The notes beneath the pieces were generated by a model, which saw only the letters and a list, made by a program, of their open reading frames with translations, made no database searches and was not told the origin of the DNA. The position numbers and the translations under genes are program-made. A stretch of 64,000 nucleotides of DNA from Convolutriloba macropyga (lineage: Eukaryota): positions 64,480,001 to 64,544,000 of the forward strand of contig NC_134471.1 in assembly GCF_964194025.1 (NCBI RefSeq). The letters run 5' to 3'. Within the stretch, counting starts at the first letter, position 1. Every line of letters begins with the position of its first letter. This document shows positions 52,390-64,000 of this stretch, piece by piece.

Positions 52390-52832
52390 TGTAATGTACC
52401 TACATAAAAATGTGACCTCTATAATGCTATACGATTTTAACCTCTATTAAAATAGATTGATGTAACCTTGTAGTTAAAAACCAAACATACGCCTTTATGA
52501 TTTGAATTACGAAAGTGCTTAAACTTATAACTATTTAATGCCGCATTCATTCCAACATATTTAATCTTTATGTTAATTAAACTAGAGCAATAACTTTGAT
52601 TATGTAAATGGTCGTTATTATAAATTTCTTATAAGTCAATGCCAATAATAAATGAAATAGCTATATTAAACTAGAGAGAGAGGAGAAATACATATTGAAA
52701 GCAGCCGATTCTTTTAAATTGATCAAGAAAATGAAACTGTCCGAACAAGCTCCGAAGTTCTAAAAACACCCACTTTGGTCTAAAAAAAATAGACGTGGCA
52801 AAATAAATTAGTAAGAGAGAACATATATTACA
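52390..52832 (+). repeat. Gypsy 3' LTR (443 bp)
   Basis: Matches the 5' LTR; preceded by purine-rich AAAAAAATTGGGTAG (PPT-like). Confidence 0.96.
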
Positions 52833-55139
52833 GTATATCATCAGAGAAAGAAATCCCAACAAGAACACTGGTCCCTTTAAAGTAACCGCCTGAAACACTT
52901 GACGTTTATTGCAAAGCAAATTCTTAATAACTGTTTTTTCCTGAAAAGAGCTGAAATAACATCAATCTATGAAGAAGATGGCATCATGGACCCTGTAAAC
53001 TATCATCTATCTCGATAATTAAATCGTTTTCCAAAATGTTACAAAAAAAATTGCACATTTAAATCATAAATTATACTGTGAGTAAAAAATACAGTCGCCG
53101 CCTCATTTCGGATATCAATATACTGTGTCAGCACAAGAAGCTATTCTATTTTGCTTTGCTTCAGTCCAACAAAAAATTGATAATAGTAATTTTGTTGATG
53201 CCGTTGTGATCAATTTATCTAAAACTTTTGACTCACTACCATACTAATACCTATTGAGAAAATTACAATTTCTAAACATTTCAACTTCTGCATTGCATGT
53301 CATACGATGTTTTCCTTTGAATCACATACAACAGGTTGGAGTTTTTTGAGTTGTGTCAAATTGGATTGAATTAAAACAAGCGGTTCCACTGGTATTTGTT
53401 TCAATAGGTTAAAATTGAATGCCAAAAAACTGAGTTTATTACAATCTCGCACAAAAATAATAACAGGCTCAACAATTTTTAAATTGATTTAAATTCAAAC
53501 GAAAAATAAAACAGTGAAATAAGAGGTTCTCGGAATATTGTTTAACGGTAGAAACAAAAGTTCCTGAAATTTCGTTTTCCAAATCGTTTTCTTGATTGTG
53601 GAAATTAGAGCTTTGAAGTTCTTAAAGGTTTTTTTATCGTTTCGGTGACGTTTTGAAACAGTGCAACGTTTTGATTCTCGAGTTAAAAGAGGATGGGTTA
53701 CTATCCTACCAAGTGCCATATCAGAGCAAAGAAAATCGTTTTGAAAAAGCACAGCAAATTTTATTTTTCTTCGAAGTGGAAAGAGTTGACGGCTGTAGAT
53801 TTTTTAGTAGTTTGGTTGGTTTTGATAATGCAGAAAAGAAATTTATAGAAAGCTCAATAAAACTGCAGAAATTGTTTCTAAAAAGCTGGCCGTTCATGCC
53901 AATGTTTCAATTCAAAATGTTTAAAAATCGTTTACTTCAAAGTTTCATCATAGGTTTACCTTCTTAGCTCTAACACCTAATGTTGAATACCTGATAAAAG
54001 AATGTGAGAAATTGATCGACGGTGAGTTTTGCCTAATCTAATACAAGATCCCGCCCAAAAAAACTGGAATACTTATTCGTTGCCAAAAAGGGAGGTTGGC
54101 CTCAACGTCCTTAAACATTAAGCCCGTTTTAGGGAACATGATCAATCAGTTCAACTGTCATCTCCTTTTTCCATATCTCAGCCCTAAACTAATCATACAA
54201 CAAATCATACTTCAAACAAAAAAGGAGAATGAGCTGAAAATTAATTCGAAAAAGATGAGAATTAAAAGGAATTGAATAAGAACGAGAATCGCTCACTTGA
54301 GTTAGTTAGTGAAAAGGGAGCACCCAGTTGGTTGAATGCTGTGACATCAGTCTGACCTAAGGAATAGCGGGCTTCGTGATGGCATTGCCCTTCGCTGTGG
54401 TTGGAACCAAGTAAAAATGCCATCACTATCTGCATGCAATGAAAACGTCAATATCGCACATTTTCTAAACTGGGATTCCTTTCCATTTTTTAGTCATTTG
54501 TGTCATGATGCCGAGATTGAACCAAATCCTCAGCCCTTGCAAGGGGAATCCTTTGCTCTTTAATCAACGACAGCTGATGATGATGCAAGATTAAGGCCAA
54601 CGGAATTTGGGAACCGATGAGCAAAAAACAGATTTTGATTTGGAAACTACCAACAAATATGAACAAGGAATAATTGATTTTAAGAAAGCAAATTTTTGTC
54701 CACTTGTCTTCGCTTGCATATGCGGATCTGGCCCATCAGCGTCAAAAACGCTGAAACAACTGGCATCAAAGCTCTCTGCGCTGAACGGGAGCTGATGTTG
54801 AAGAAGGGAAGATGCTAGCTGGACTCACCTACTCTCGCCACTAGTTTTCTAATGCTGTCTGCGTTCTGTTTTACTTTTCTTCAGCTGATAATTTAAAATT
54901 TTTACGGTAACTTACATTTGGTAACGTGTCTCTACATACGATAAAAATAAGCGTACATACGGCAACATGTTTTGATATCTATTTATAATTTCAGTTTTTC
55001 TAAAATTCCAACAATTTGTCACATTGAAGTTTGTTTTAATGCTACAAAATTGTGCAAGCCGCAAGTGCTGATTGCAAGTGCTGCAAGTGCTGCAAGTGCT
55101 GATTCGAATTTATTTGGCCAACATGCATTTTTTTATTAA

Positions 55140-57150
55140 TAATTGAATGATAATTCCTGGCTCCTGTACCTGACTCACGTATTCAGTTGTCATTTGTGTC
55201 TACTAATATGTAGAGATTCTGTGGTTCAAAAGTGTTTTGGTAACCTGGCACTGATCTAATATCTCACCATTAAGGGCTGCTCAAGCCCCACAGTTGGTCC
55301 AATTAATGTTGGTCCATCAGTGCATCAACTTTTCGATGCTCCGAATTTCTCTGATTCAGATATTGACAATTTTGGCCAACACAGGTGGAGTTGCATCCAC
55401 AATAACTGTGTTCGTAAACAACATGAAGTTTCAGACTGCTATGAAAACTTGATTTCAGGGACGGTAGGCATATTGGTAGCTTTCGCGTGGCAAAGATGGT
55501 TCCCATTTCGCACGTTTTTTCAATATCCGCTCAAATTACAGGCTGATGCTACTTCGGTACTGCCAGAAAAAAAAATAGTTCAACATCTTTCGCTCATGGT
55601 TGGGGTCTCCATTGTTGTATTTTCTCGCCGCCATTCTTCAGTTGAGGTTTACTTAAAACATTTTGTAAAGAATCAATGACAATTTTAGATGTCCCACGTT
55701 CAAGGTAATGATTTTTTTGCCCTATTTTTTTTGTTTTCTATGAGAACTTTGTGTGCGCTTCAACAAATGCGTTGATCAGCTCCTTCTACGATATTTTTTT
55801 TTGTTGGATAGGTGCACAGCTACGGAATTTCAAGAAAATCCCGTATCGGTAGGTTTCGTGTACCACTCGTAGTTAATCATTTTACAGCTATTTACATTAT
55901 TGATAATGTCTAAAAATGCAAAATTGTGTTTTTTTCTCCTGTCCCCTCAAATGTGAATTTCATTTTCTTGGAGGGTTGTTGAATTTTCTGAGCAATTTGT
56001 CTGGTTCATCATTTACAGTAGAAATTAAATTGTCTGTACATCTTTTGAATAATTGTCTTTTAGTCACCGGTTCACTAGCTATTCTCCTGTTTTTCATGCA
56101 ATTAGAGCAATACCACAGCATGTCTTTCATTTTGGCGTGAACTTACCGGTCAACAAAATCTGGTTTTTTGCATGGAAAACATTCTCGCATTTTCCACATT
56201 CGAATCATTTTCTTCTAAAAGTACATTTACGTTTGCATTGAGTACCGACCTGACGATCTTTTTTAAAGAGTTTAGTGGCAATATGTTTTGTTGATTTTAT
56301 CTGATGTTTGAATATAAATCCTGCTATTTCTTTTTTCCCGCGTCTCTAAAGTTTTTGTATGTTCCGACAATTCCATTTTTCAGTTTTTCGTTGAACATGT
56401 TCCAAACAACACAGTGAGAGAGTGGCGTCGTTTTGCCCAAGTTTCACCTGAATTACGGACAAAAAAATTAGTAATTATCAAATTGGACTCGTTTGCACTT
56501 CCCTATGCTCTTGCCTGACGGTAGCGTTTACCCAACTTCGATTTACGCTTTCGCTTTTTCAAAAACGACGTAAGCTAATTCGTTACCGCCAGATGATACC
56601 CAGCGTCTTCAATTCCTGTGCCGTTTCTTAATGAAATTCACCGTGTTGCTTCAAACACCAGTTATCACACTGTTCGCGTCTGGAAATATTGTGTTTTTTT
56701 ACCTAAATTACTAGAATACCTGTTTTCAGTACGCTTTTCACAATATCTGTGACTCGTTTTGCTGCAGGCACTCCACAAGGTTGTCCGGGTCACAATGATT
56801 GAAATCTTTGGATCTGTGTTCTCTGATTGCATTGTTAATTGTATCGTGTCACGGTACTAGATCTGTCCGATTTCCAAGGTTTCTGCTATTTTCTATCTAA
56901 AATCTGTCATTTTTCAGGATATTTCTTGAACTCCTGTTGAGAAACAGGCCGGCAAATGAAGCGACAGTTCTTTGTCTTGTATATCACGTTGTGCAATGCC
57001 AGAGAAAAAGATGATGCCGCTAATATATGCTTGGTTGCTCTGAAAATCTGTTATTTTGAAAAAATATCCTAAATATAACCCTGCTGATAAGGTAACAGTT
57101 TCACTTGTTGCCTGTTTGTATAGCTAAAACGGGTCGAAAACTGATATAAA
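55140..57150 (-). mobile_element. Decayed Penelope-like element, copy 2
   Basis: LKLHVVYEHSYCGCNSTCVGQNCQYLNQRNSEH matches GIY-YIG consensus VVY..C..C..YVGQT.R.L..R..EH; FKRCTDN RT motif; collinear with copy 1. Confidence 0.78.
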
Positions 57151-57499
57151 TTTGTGGAATTGCTCGAATGTTTTGGCAATATCTTGCATCATAAGCAGTT
57201 AGGAACTTGTTGAGTTAAAAATTTACAAATATGCATACATACACTAACGTGTCTTGATAATCTATTTCCATTTTCTCATTTTCCTCAATTTCCAAAAGGT
57301 CTTCAGAAGTGAGTTAAAATGTTGAAAGGTGTTTTTAAACTGCTAAAATGAGTCTTTTTCTTTATGATTTTTCAATTGAGGATTTCGATATTGTGATCGA
57401 TTTGACTTTGCGCACCTGCTAATTTGCTAATTCGTTCGTACGTTCTAGGATGGATTTATTGCTTTCATGCGGGACAATGGTAAAATTTTATTTGAAAAT

Positions 57500-59600
57500 C
57501 TGTACAAGTTTTAAAAGTGGGATTCCGAGCTACTCTCTGTTGTGTAAGATTGTAAAAAAATTTGCTCTTTGAAACTATGGGATTTCTGGCGCATCAGTTG
57601 GCACATTGATGTTTTTCTTGCACGCTGAAAATTTTTGAACATTTGTGGTAACATCAAGCGAAATCTGGGTACTGAAATTGAAACAAGATTTTTCAAAGTG
57701 TCGGAAAAATATAAACCAAATTTACCCGTTGCTCATATTATCTTTCAAAACGCATCTAGAAAGCGTTTGCAACTGATGTCTTTTGTTAATGACAGGGGAA
57801 AAGGCTATTGTGGGTATATCAGAAATATGATTGACAGCAGATGATAAAACTTCCTTATGGAATGTAGCTCCCAGTGCGATAGAAGTGCAATAAACTGTAA
57901 AAAGAGTGGGGTACTGCTTTTTGTGCCCTTGAAATTCCCTCCATAAGAACGTAAGGATTTAAACCTGTCTGATCATTCCTGTTGACTAACATGGACAATT
58001 CATCTTGCTAATTGATTCCTATCATTCCCTTGGTTGATTATAAATTAGCTTACTTTAATTTTCGCGAAAAAGAAAACTTGGACTCAGTAGTTCTAACCAA
58101 AAGTTTCACAATAACTGAACAAATTTACCTCAAATTTATTCCGAAATTGCAGAATCTTTAAACTTTGAATTCTCAAAACTAGGGCAGCTCTGTGGTAAGA
58201 AAAAAAGAAGAAACAGCCTGTTTTGATTCCGGCGAATCTTTATTTAATTTTTGGCGGCCAATATCGGAAAAAGATGTATTTAGAAAAAGGTGTATCATCA
58301 AAGAAACAAATCCCAACAAGCCCACTGGTCCCTGTAAAGTAACCGCTTGAACCACCTGACGTTTATTGCAAATCAATTTCTTAATAACTGTGTTTCACCT
58401 GAAAAGAGCAGACATAACATCAATCTATAAAAAAGATGACATCATGGACCATGTAAACTATCATCTATCTTCATAAATAAATTGTTTTCCACGATCTTAG
58501 AAAAAAACTTGCACAATTAAATCACAAGTTATACTGAAAGTAGAATTTATAGTCGCCGCTTCAGTTCGGATATCAACATATTGTAACAGCACAAGATGCT
58601 ATTCTTTTTTGTTTTGCATCAGTCCAACATAAAATTGATAATAGTAATATTGTTGATGCCGTTGTGATCGATTTATCTAAAACTTTTGACTCACTATCAT
58701 ACCAATTCCGATTGAGAAAATAACATTCTCTAAACATTTCAACTTCTGCATTACATGTCATAATGTTTTCTTGTGAATCGCATGCAACATGTTTGAGTTA
58801 TTTGAGTTGTGTCAAATTGGATTGAACTAAAGCAAGCGGTTCCACTGTTATTTGTTTCACTAGGTTGAAATTGAATGCGAAAAAACTAATTTTATTACAA
58901 TCTCGCACAAAAAAACAGGCTCAACAATTCTTAGACTGTAATTCTAGGGACAGCAATAGAAAAAATTTAAACCAATGTAAATGTTCAGGTGACAAAAAGA
59001 GACAATAAATATCAAAAACATGGCTGTTGGTACCAAAGCTATTGAAATTGAACAACATAGTTTCCCGTAACCGTGTTATTCTTTGCATTTCCACTCATTT
59101 GTCATTAGTCACTTACAGTAGTCTGATTTATGTCTCTTTCAAATGAGTTCAACTTAGTGCTTTTATGAGGAAACAGATGAAATGGGCTTTGAAGTGTGTA
59201 TTTTTTGTTCTTGTAACAAGTCGTCAAATGAATCATGAAAGCGTAGAAATGTAAATGGCATCAAGAACTAATTAAGTTGAAATCCTTAACGTACTATTTT
59301 CAAAACAATAGAATTATGGAAAGAGCTGTTCAACAACAGCTTAAAATACTTACTGCCAGCTATAGGAATAACATTCGCGCGAACCAAATAGTTTATGTAG
59401 GTAATCTTCCATCTGTTTAATCCTCTTCTAAATCATGCCTTAGTCAGGTATCGTTGAAGTGAAACTCACTCTCATTGCACCTGTAAGACACAAAATTGAT
59501 TGAAAAACATTTTTGATATCGGAGTAAAATCATTTGTTATCAAACAAGCTACCACGTGGCGTGACTTCCGTCTCAAATGACCTGTGAACAGCTATATTTA
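57500..59600 (+). mobile_element. Decayed, internally deleted CR1/L2-like LINE ORF2 (its paralogue is the Gypsy target site)
   Basis: DR..KKSGVLLFV (APE), D.VNYHL (NYRP), AVVIDLSKTFDSL, KQAVP, HSFVISHLQ. Confidence 0.7.
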
Positions 59601-59949
59601 AGAAAAAATTGTTTGTGTTGCAACATAATTCATTTATAATTTGGTATATTCGGCGACAGCAGCTATCCCTGAACAATATTTTACTGCTCCCTCTATCTCT
59701 ACGTACCAGGCAATATTTAGTAAAATCCCGCAGTGTATATCTGACAGAAAAATTTTTAGCTAGTGCATCGTTGCTTAAATTGTACGAACTTTATTTTAAT
59801 TACGACCACTTCAAGGTTTTTTTAAAATCCCCAAATAAACAGGAACAAGCCAAGGAGCGTCAGTTACATCAAAATAGACAAAATAGACGAGAACGTATAA
59901 AATCAGCAGAAAATTCCTCCGATTTGTAAAAAAACGGTTTTCTGTATCT

Positions 59950-62900
59950 AAACAAGACACTTTCACAAATTAACAACTGACTAAGAACTCCCACAGGAGT
60001 TTTTTTGCTTTAATATACGTAGCTTGTTTAAAATAGAAACGAGACAAATATTTGACACTTTTTAACTATTCATAAATTTAACATTTGCGTCTCAGAAACT
60101 TGACGTAGCAGTTTTACAGCTCACAGCAGAACAGTAATTTATGTAAAACGTACTCCCAATTGTGAGTTATTTATACTCAACTGGGAAACAATTGGATCAG
60201 CTACTTTAAGCTTGATATCCCTGAAAAAAATTTTGGTAGTTTTACAGTATCTTCCTCCGTCCAGTAGTATATACGCGTATAGCCATAACCAGCGATTTGA
60301 TTAATTTTTAAAAACAATTAATTAAAGCCAAAAAACTAGCGGATGAAATCATAATTTATAGAGATTTTAATTTCCAATCATCAACTAGTCAAGCTTGTCA
60401 TCAATCATCGAAAGAAAACCTGTTCCAAAACATACTCTAGGCAAATAATTTGCGGCAATGTTTATTTTTTCCAATTGCAGCAACACAATTTTCAGACTTG
60501 ATCCTGGTAGCAAAAACGTTTATGTTATTAATCTCAGAAAATAAATCAAATTTAAGGTTTTACCCATATTTCAATTATTTTCACGTGGTTTTGAAGCTAA
60601 TGTTAAAAAGATTTGCCTAACGAAGTGAAATGCTTCTCTGCAAGAATAAAAGTTTTTGCAAGTTTAATATGACTAGCTCTCTCAAATGTTAATAACTAAA
60701 AAGATTAACATTTATTGCTGGTCAAATCTAAATAAACCCCTCGTGAATGGGTACAAGAGCCAGGAAGATAGCCTCTAGGCTTCAATTTCCAAGACAACAG
60801 TTCTTGGAGCATCTAAGAACATCTTGGGGTGTCTCAAGAAACTTTGCAAAGAGTTTTTCCGTTCGCGTCTCTGAAACGTTTCTACGTCTCAAAGTAGAAC
60901 ATTGATTTATCTAAAACGTACTCTTGACTGTGAGGGTTTTTTACTCAAATTGGAAACAAATGGATCAGCTAATATAAGCTTGGTATCCCTGGGAAAACTT
61001 CGGTAGTTGCACTGTATCTTCCTCCGTCCAGCATCAAATACGTGTAAAGACAAAACCCACAATTTGATCAACTATTTAACAGCTTTAAAGCCAAAGAAAT
61101 AGCCGCTGAAATCATAAATTATAGAAATTTTAATTTCCAATCATCAACTAGTCAAGCTTGTCATCAATCATCGAATTGAAAACCTGTTCCAAAACACACT
61201 CTAGGCAAACAAATTGCGCAATGTTTATATTTTCCAATTGCAGTAACAGAAGTTATAGACTTGGTCCTTGCAGCAAGAATGTTTAGGTTATTAATCTCAG
61301 AAAATTAATCGAATTTCAGGTTTTACCCATATTTCAATTAATTTTCACGTGGTTTTGAAGCTAATGTTAAAATTATTTGCCTAACGAAGCGAACTGCATC
61401 TGTGCAGGAATATAGGTTTCCGCAAAGTTGAATATGACTAGCTCTCTTAAATGTTAATAACTAACAAGTTTAGCAGCTATTGCAGGTCAAATCCAAATAA
61501 ATCACTCGAGATTAGGCACAGGTAGTAGGAAGACAGCCTGGAGGCTCGTATTTCCGTTACAACAACTCGTGGAGCAAATAAGAGCGTCTATGGGTGTCTC
61601 AAGGAGCTTTGCTAAGAATTTTGACGTTTGCGTCTCTGAAACGTCACTTAGCAATCATTTTGTGGAAGCAATTATTTTTTTTAAATCATACTTCAGTTTT
61701 TGCTCCAACAGAAAATTTTTGACAATTTCTGCAATTCACATCGGAAAATTGGTTTATGTAAAACGTACTCGTGACTGTGAGAGTTTTACACTCAATTGGG
61801 AAACAAAAGCAACAACTAATATAAGCTTGGTATGCCTGGGAAAATTTTTGGAGTTTTAATTGTATCTTCCTCCGTGCAATAGTAAATATGCGATTAGCCA
61901 TAAAGAACAAATTGATAATGTTTTGACATAATTAGGGCCAAAAGACTAGCCGAGGAAATCATAATTTATGGAGATTTTAATGTTCAATCGTCGACTGGCC
62001 AAGCTTGTCATCAATCATCAAAATAAAATCCCGTTCTCACACATACTCGAGGCAAATAATTTGCGGCAAACTGTAAATTTTTCACTATCAGCAGCAGGAG
62101 TTTGACACTTGATCCTGGCAGCGAAAATGTTTCGTTTAATAATCTCAAAAAATGACACGAACTTCAGATTTAAACCATTTTTCAATTATTTTTACGAGCC
62201 TTTGAAGTTTACTGTTTACATTTTCTGGTTAACCAAAAAACTCCCTCTAAGCAAAAATATCAGATTTTGCAAAGGCGATTATAATTAGCACTCTCAAATG
62301 TTGTTACGTAACAAGATTAGCAGCTATTGCTGCTCAAATTCAAATAAACCCCGCGAGAAAAGGCACAGAGACTTGGAAGATAACCTCGAGGCTTGTATTT
62401 CCAAGACAACAATTCGTAGAGCATCTAAGAGCAACTATGAGTGTCTCAAGAAACCTTCACATAGTTTTAACGCTTGCGTCACTGAAACGTGACTGAGCAA
62501 TAATTTCGTTGAAGCAGATATCATTTTAAAATTATATTTCAGTTTTTGCTCCAACAGAAAACTTTTGACAATTTCTGCAGCTCTCATCGGAACATTGATT
62601 TATGTAGAACGTGCTCTCAATTGTGAGAGTTATACACTCAATTGGGAAACAAATGCAACAATGTAGTAATAGCTTGTTATGCCTGGGAAAAGTTTTGTTG
62701 GTTTAATTGTATCTTCCTCCGCGCAATAGCAAATACGCGAATAGCCAGCCATAACGAACAAATTGATAATGTTTTAACATAATTAAAGCCAAAAGACTAA
62801 CCGAGGAAATCATAACTTATGGAGATTTTAATGTTCAATCATCGACTGGTCAAGCTTGTCATCAATCAACAAATTGAATTCCCGTTCTCACACATACTCG

Positions 62901-63850
62901 AGGCAAATAATTTGCGGCAAAGTGTAAATTTTCCAATAGCAGGAGCAGGTGTTTGACACTTTATCCTGGCAGCAAAAACGTTTACTTTAATAATCTCAAA
63001 AATGACACGAATTTCAGATTTAAACTATCTTTCAATTATTTTCACGAGCTTTTGAAGTTTACTGGTTACATTTTTGGGCTAATGAAAAAAAGGCTCTCTG
63101 CAAAAGTATTAGATTTTGCACAGGCGATTATAATTGTCCCTCTCAAATTTTATTACTTTAGAAGATTAGCAGCTATTGCTGCTCAGATCCAAATAACCCC
63201 TCGAGAATAGGCATAAAGTCTTGAAGATAGCCTGGAGGCTTGTATTTCCAAGATAACAATTGGTAGAGTGTCTAAGAGAATCTATGGATGTCCCAAAAAA
63301 CCCTTCACATAATTTTGCAATTTCATTTTTTGAAACGTGACTGTAGCTCGCATCGGAACATTGATTAATGTAAAACGTACTCTCGGTTGTAAGAGTATTA
63401 CACTCAATTGGGAAACAAATGCATCAACTAAAACAAGCTTGGCATCACAAGGAAAAGTTTCGGATGTTTGACTGTATCTTCATCTGTCCAATGGCAAATA
63501 AGCGTCTAGCCATTACCAACAAATTGATGCTTTCGTTAACCTAGTTAAAGCCGAAAAACTAGCCAATGAAATCATACTTTACTGAGATTTTGAAATTCCA
63601 ATCGTCAACTGGTCAAGCTTGTAATCAATCATCGAATTGAAAAACCCTTCCTAAACATACTCGAGGCAAATAATTTGCAGTGATGTGTAAATTTTCCAAC
63701 TGCAGCAACAACATTTTTAGACTTTATCCTGACAGCAAAAAAATTCCGCTCATTGATCTCAAAACATTGACTCAAATTTAAGAGATTTTAACCATCCTTC
63801 ATTTATTTTTAGGTGGTTTTGAAGTTATACCGACAAGGACCGAGCTTAAC
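59950..63850 (+). repeat. Five diverged tandem units of ~765-850 bp derived from a CR1-type APE endonuclease domain
   Basis: Anchor (GCGTCTC)TGAAACG at ~60088/60865/61630/62475/63330; units retain VSET[W]L, LYLPP, IIYGDFN, LD[L] and F.K.DY codons; CAAGCTTGT.ATCAATCA present in all five. Confidence 0.88.
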
Positions 63851-64000
63851 GATTAATTGTGTCTATTAAATGTTTTAAAATCAAAGTTTGTGTTTTTGAT
63901 GTACCTACAAATCGCGGTTCAAGGCAATAATTGTAACCCTTTCAATTTATGACAGTGCTTGCGTTGTTTTAAGCAGCTTAGTTATGATACAACTTGACAA

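Larger units (their letters stand above)
40070..52832 (+). mobile_element. Full-length env-bearing Ty3/Gypsy LTR retroelement (retrovirus-like provirus, 12763 bp), inactivated
   Basis: Two 443-bp TG..CA LTRs, TSD GTATA (40065-40069 / 52833-52837), PBS, PPT, order gag-PR-RT-RH-IN-macrodomain-env. Confidence 0.97.
35400..58925 (+). repeat. Tandem segmental duplication of ~5.3-5.4 kb: copy 1 = 35400-40069 + 52838-53480 (split by the Gypsy element), copy 2 = 53480-58925
   Basis: Collinear similarity throughout, e.g. 38920-39100 vs 56780-56965 and 39735-39960 vs 57958-58185 near identical; copy 2 has ~340 extra bp at ~57615-57955. Confidence 0.9.

Noticed and set aside
59950-63850. CRISPR-like or exon-repeat array
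   Set aside because: Whole units are homologous (no unique spacers), the context is eukaryotic, and units carry LINE endonuclease codons with stops.

Overview
AT-rich, repeat-dense animal (invertebrate-type) genomic DNA; the species cannot be determined from the sequence. There are two host genes, both on the minus strand: a 4-exon HSDL2 orthologue (SDR + SCP2, 416 aa, no C-terminal PTS1) and an intronless B-box/coiled-coil (TRIM-like) gene. The rest is layered retroelements: a decayed APE-type LINE with PHD finger and a degenerate 2A-like motif (1-3349), a full-length BEL/Pao LTR element with TSD whose 3' LTR lies 153 bp upstream of the TRIM-like ATG (17270-25143), a tandem mosaic of CRE-like and CR1-like fragments (25.5-36.8 kb), a ~5.3 kb tandem duplication carrying CRE, Penelope and CR1/L2 remnants, and two tandem arrays of LINE endonuclease-domain DNA. 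The standout is a 12.8 kb retrovirus-like Ty3/Gypsy provirus (40070-52832; 443-bp LTRs, GTATA TSD, empty site visible in the duplicate copy). It encodes gag-PR-RT-RH-IN, then a TARG1/OARD1-type macrodomain, then a class I F-type envelope gene with candidate splice donor and acceptor. All translations and alignments were done by eye, so boundaries of decayed elements are approximate.
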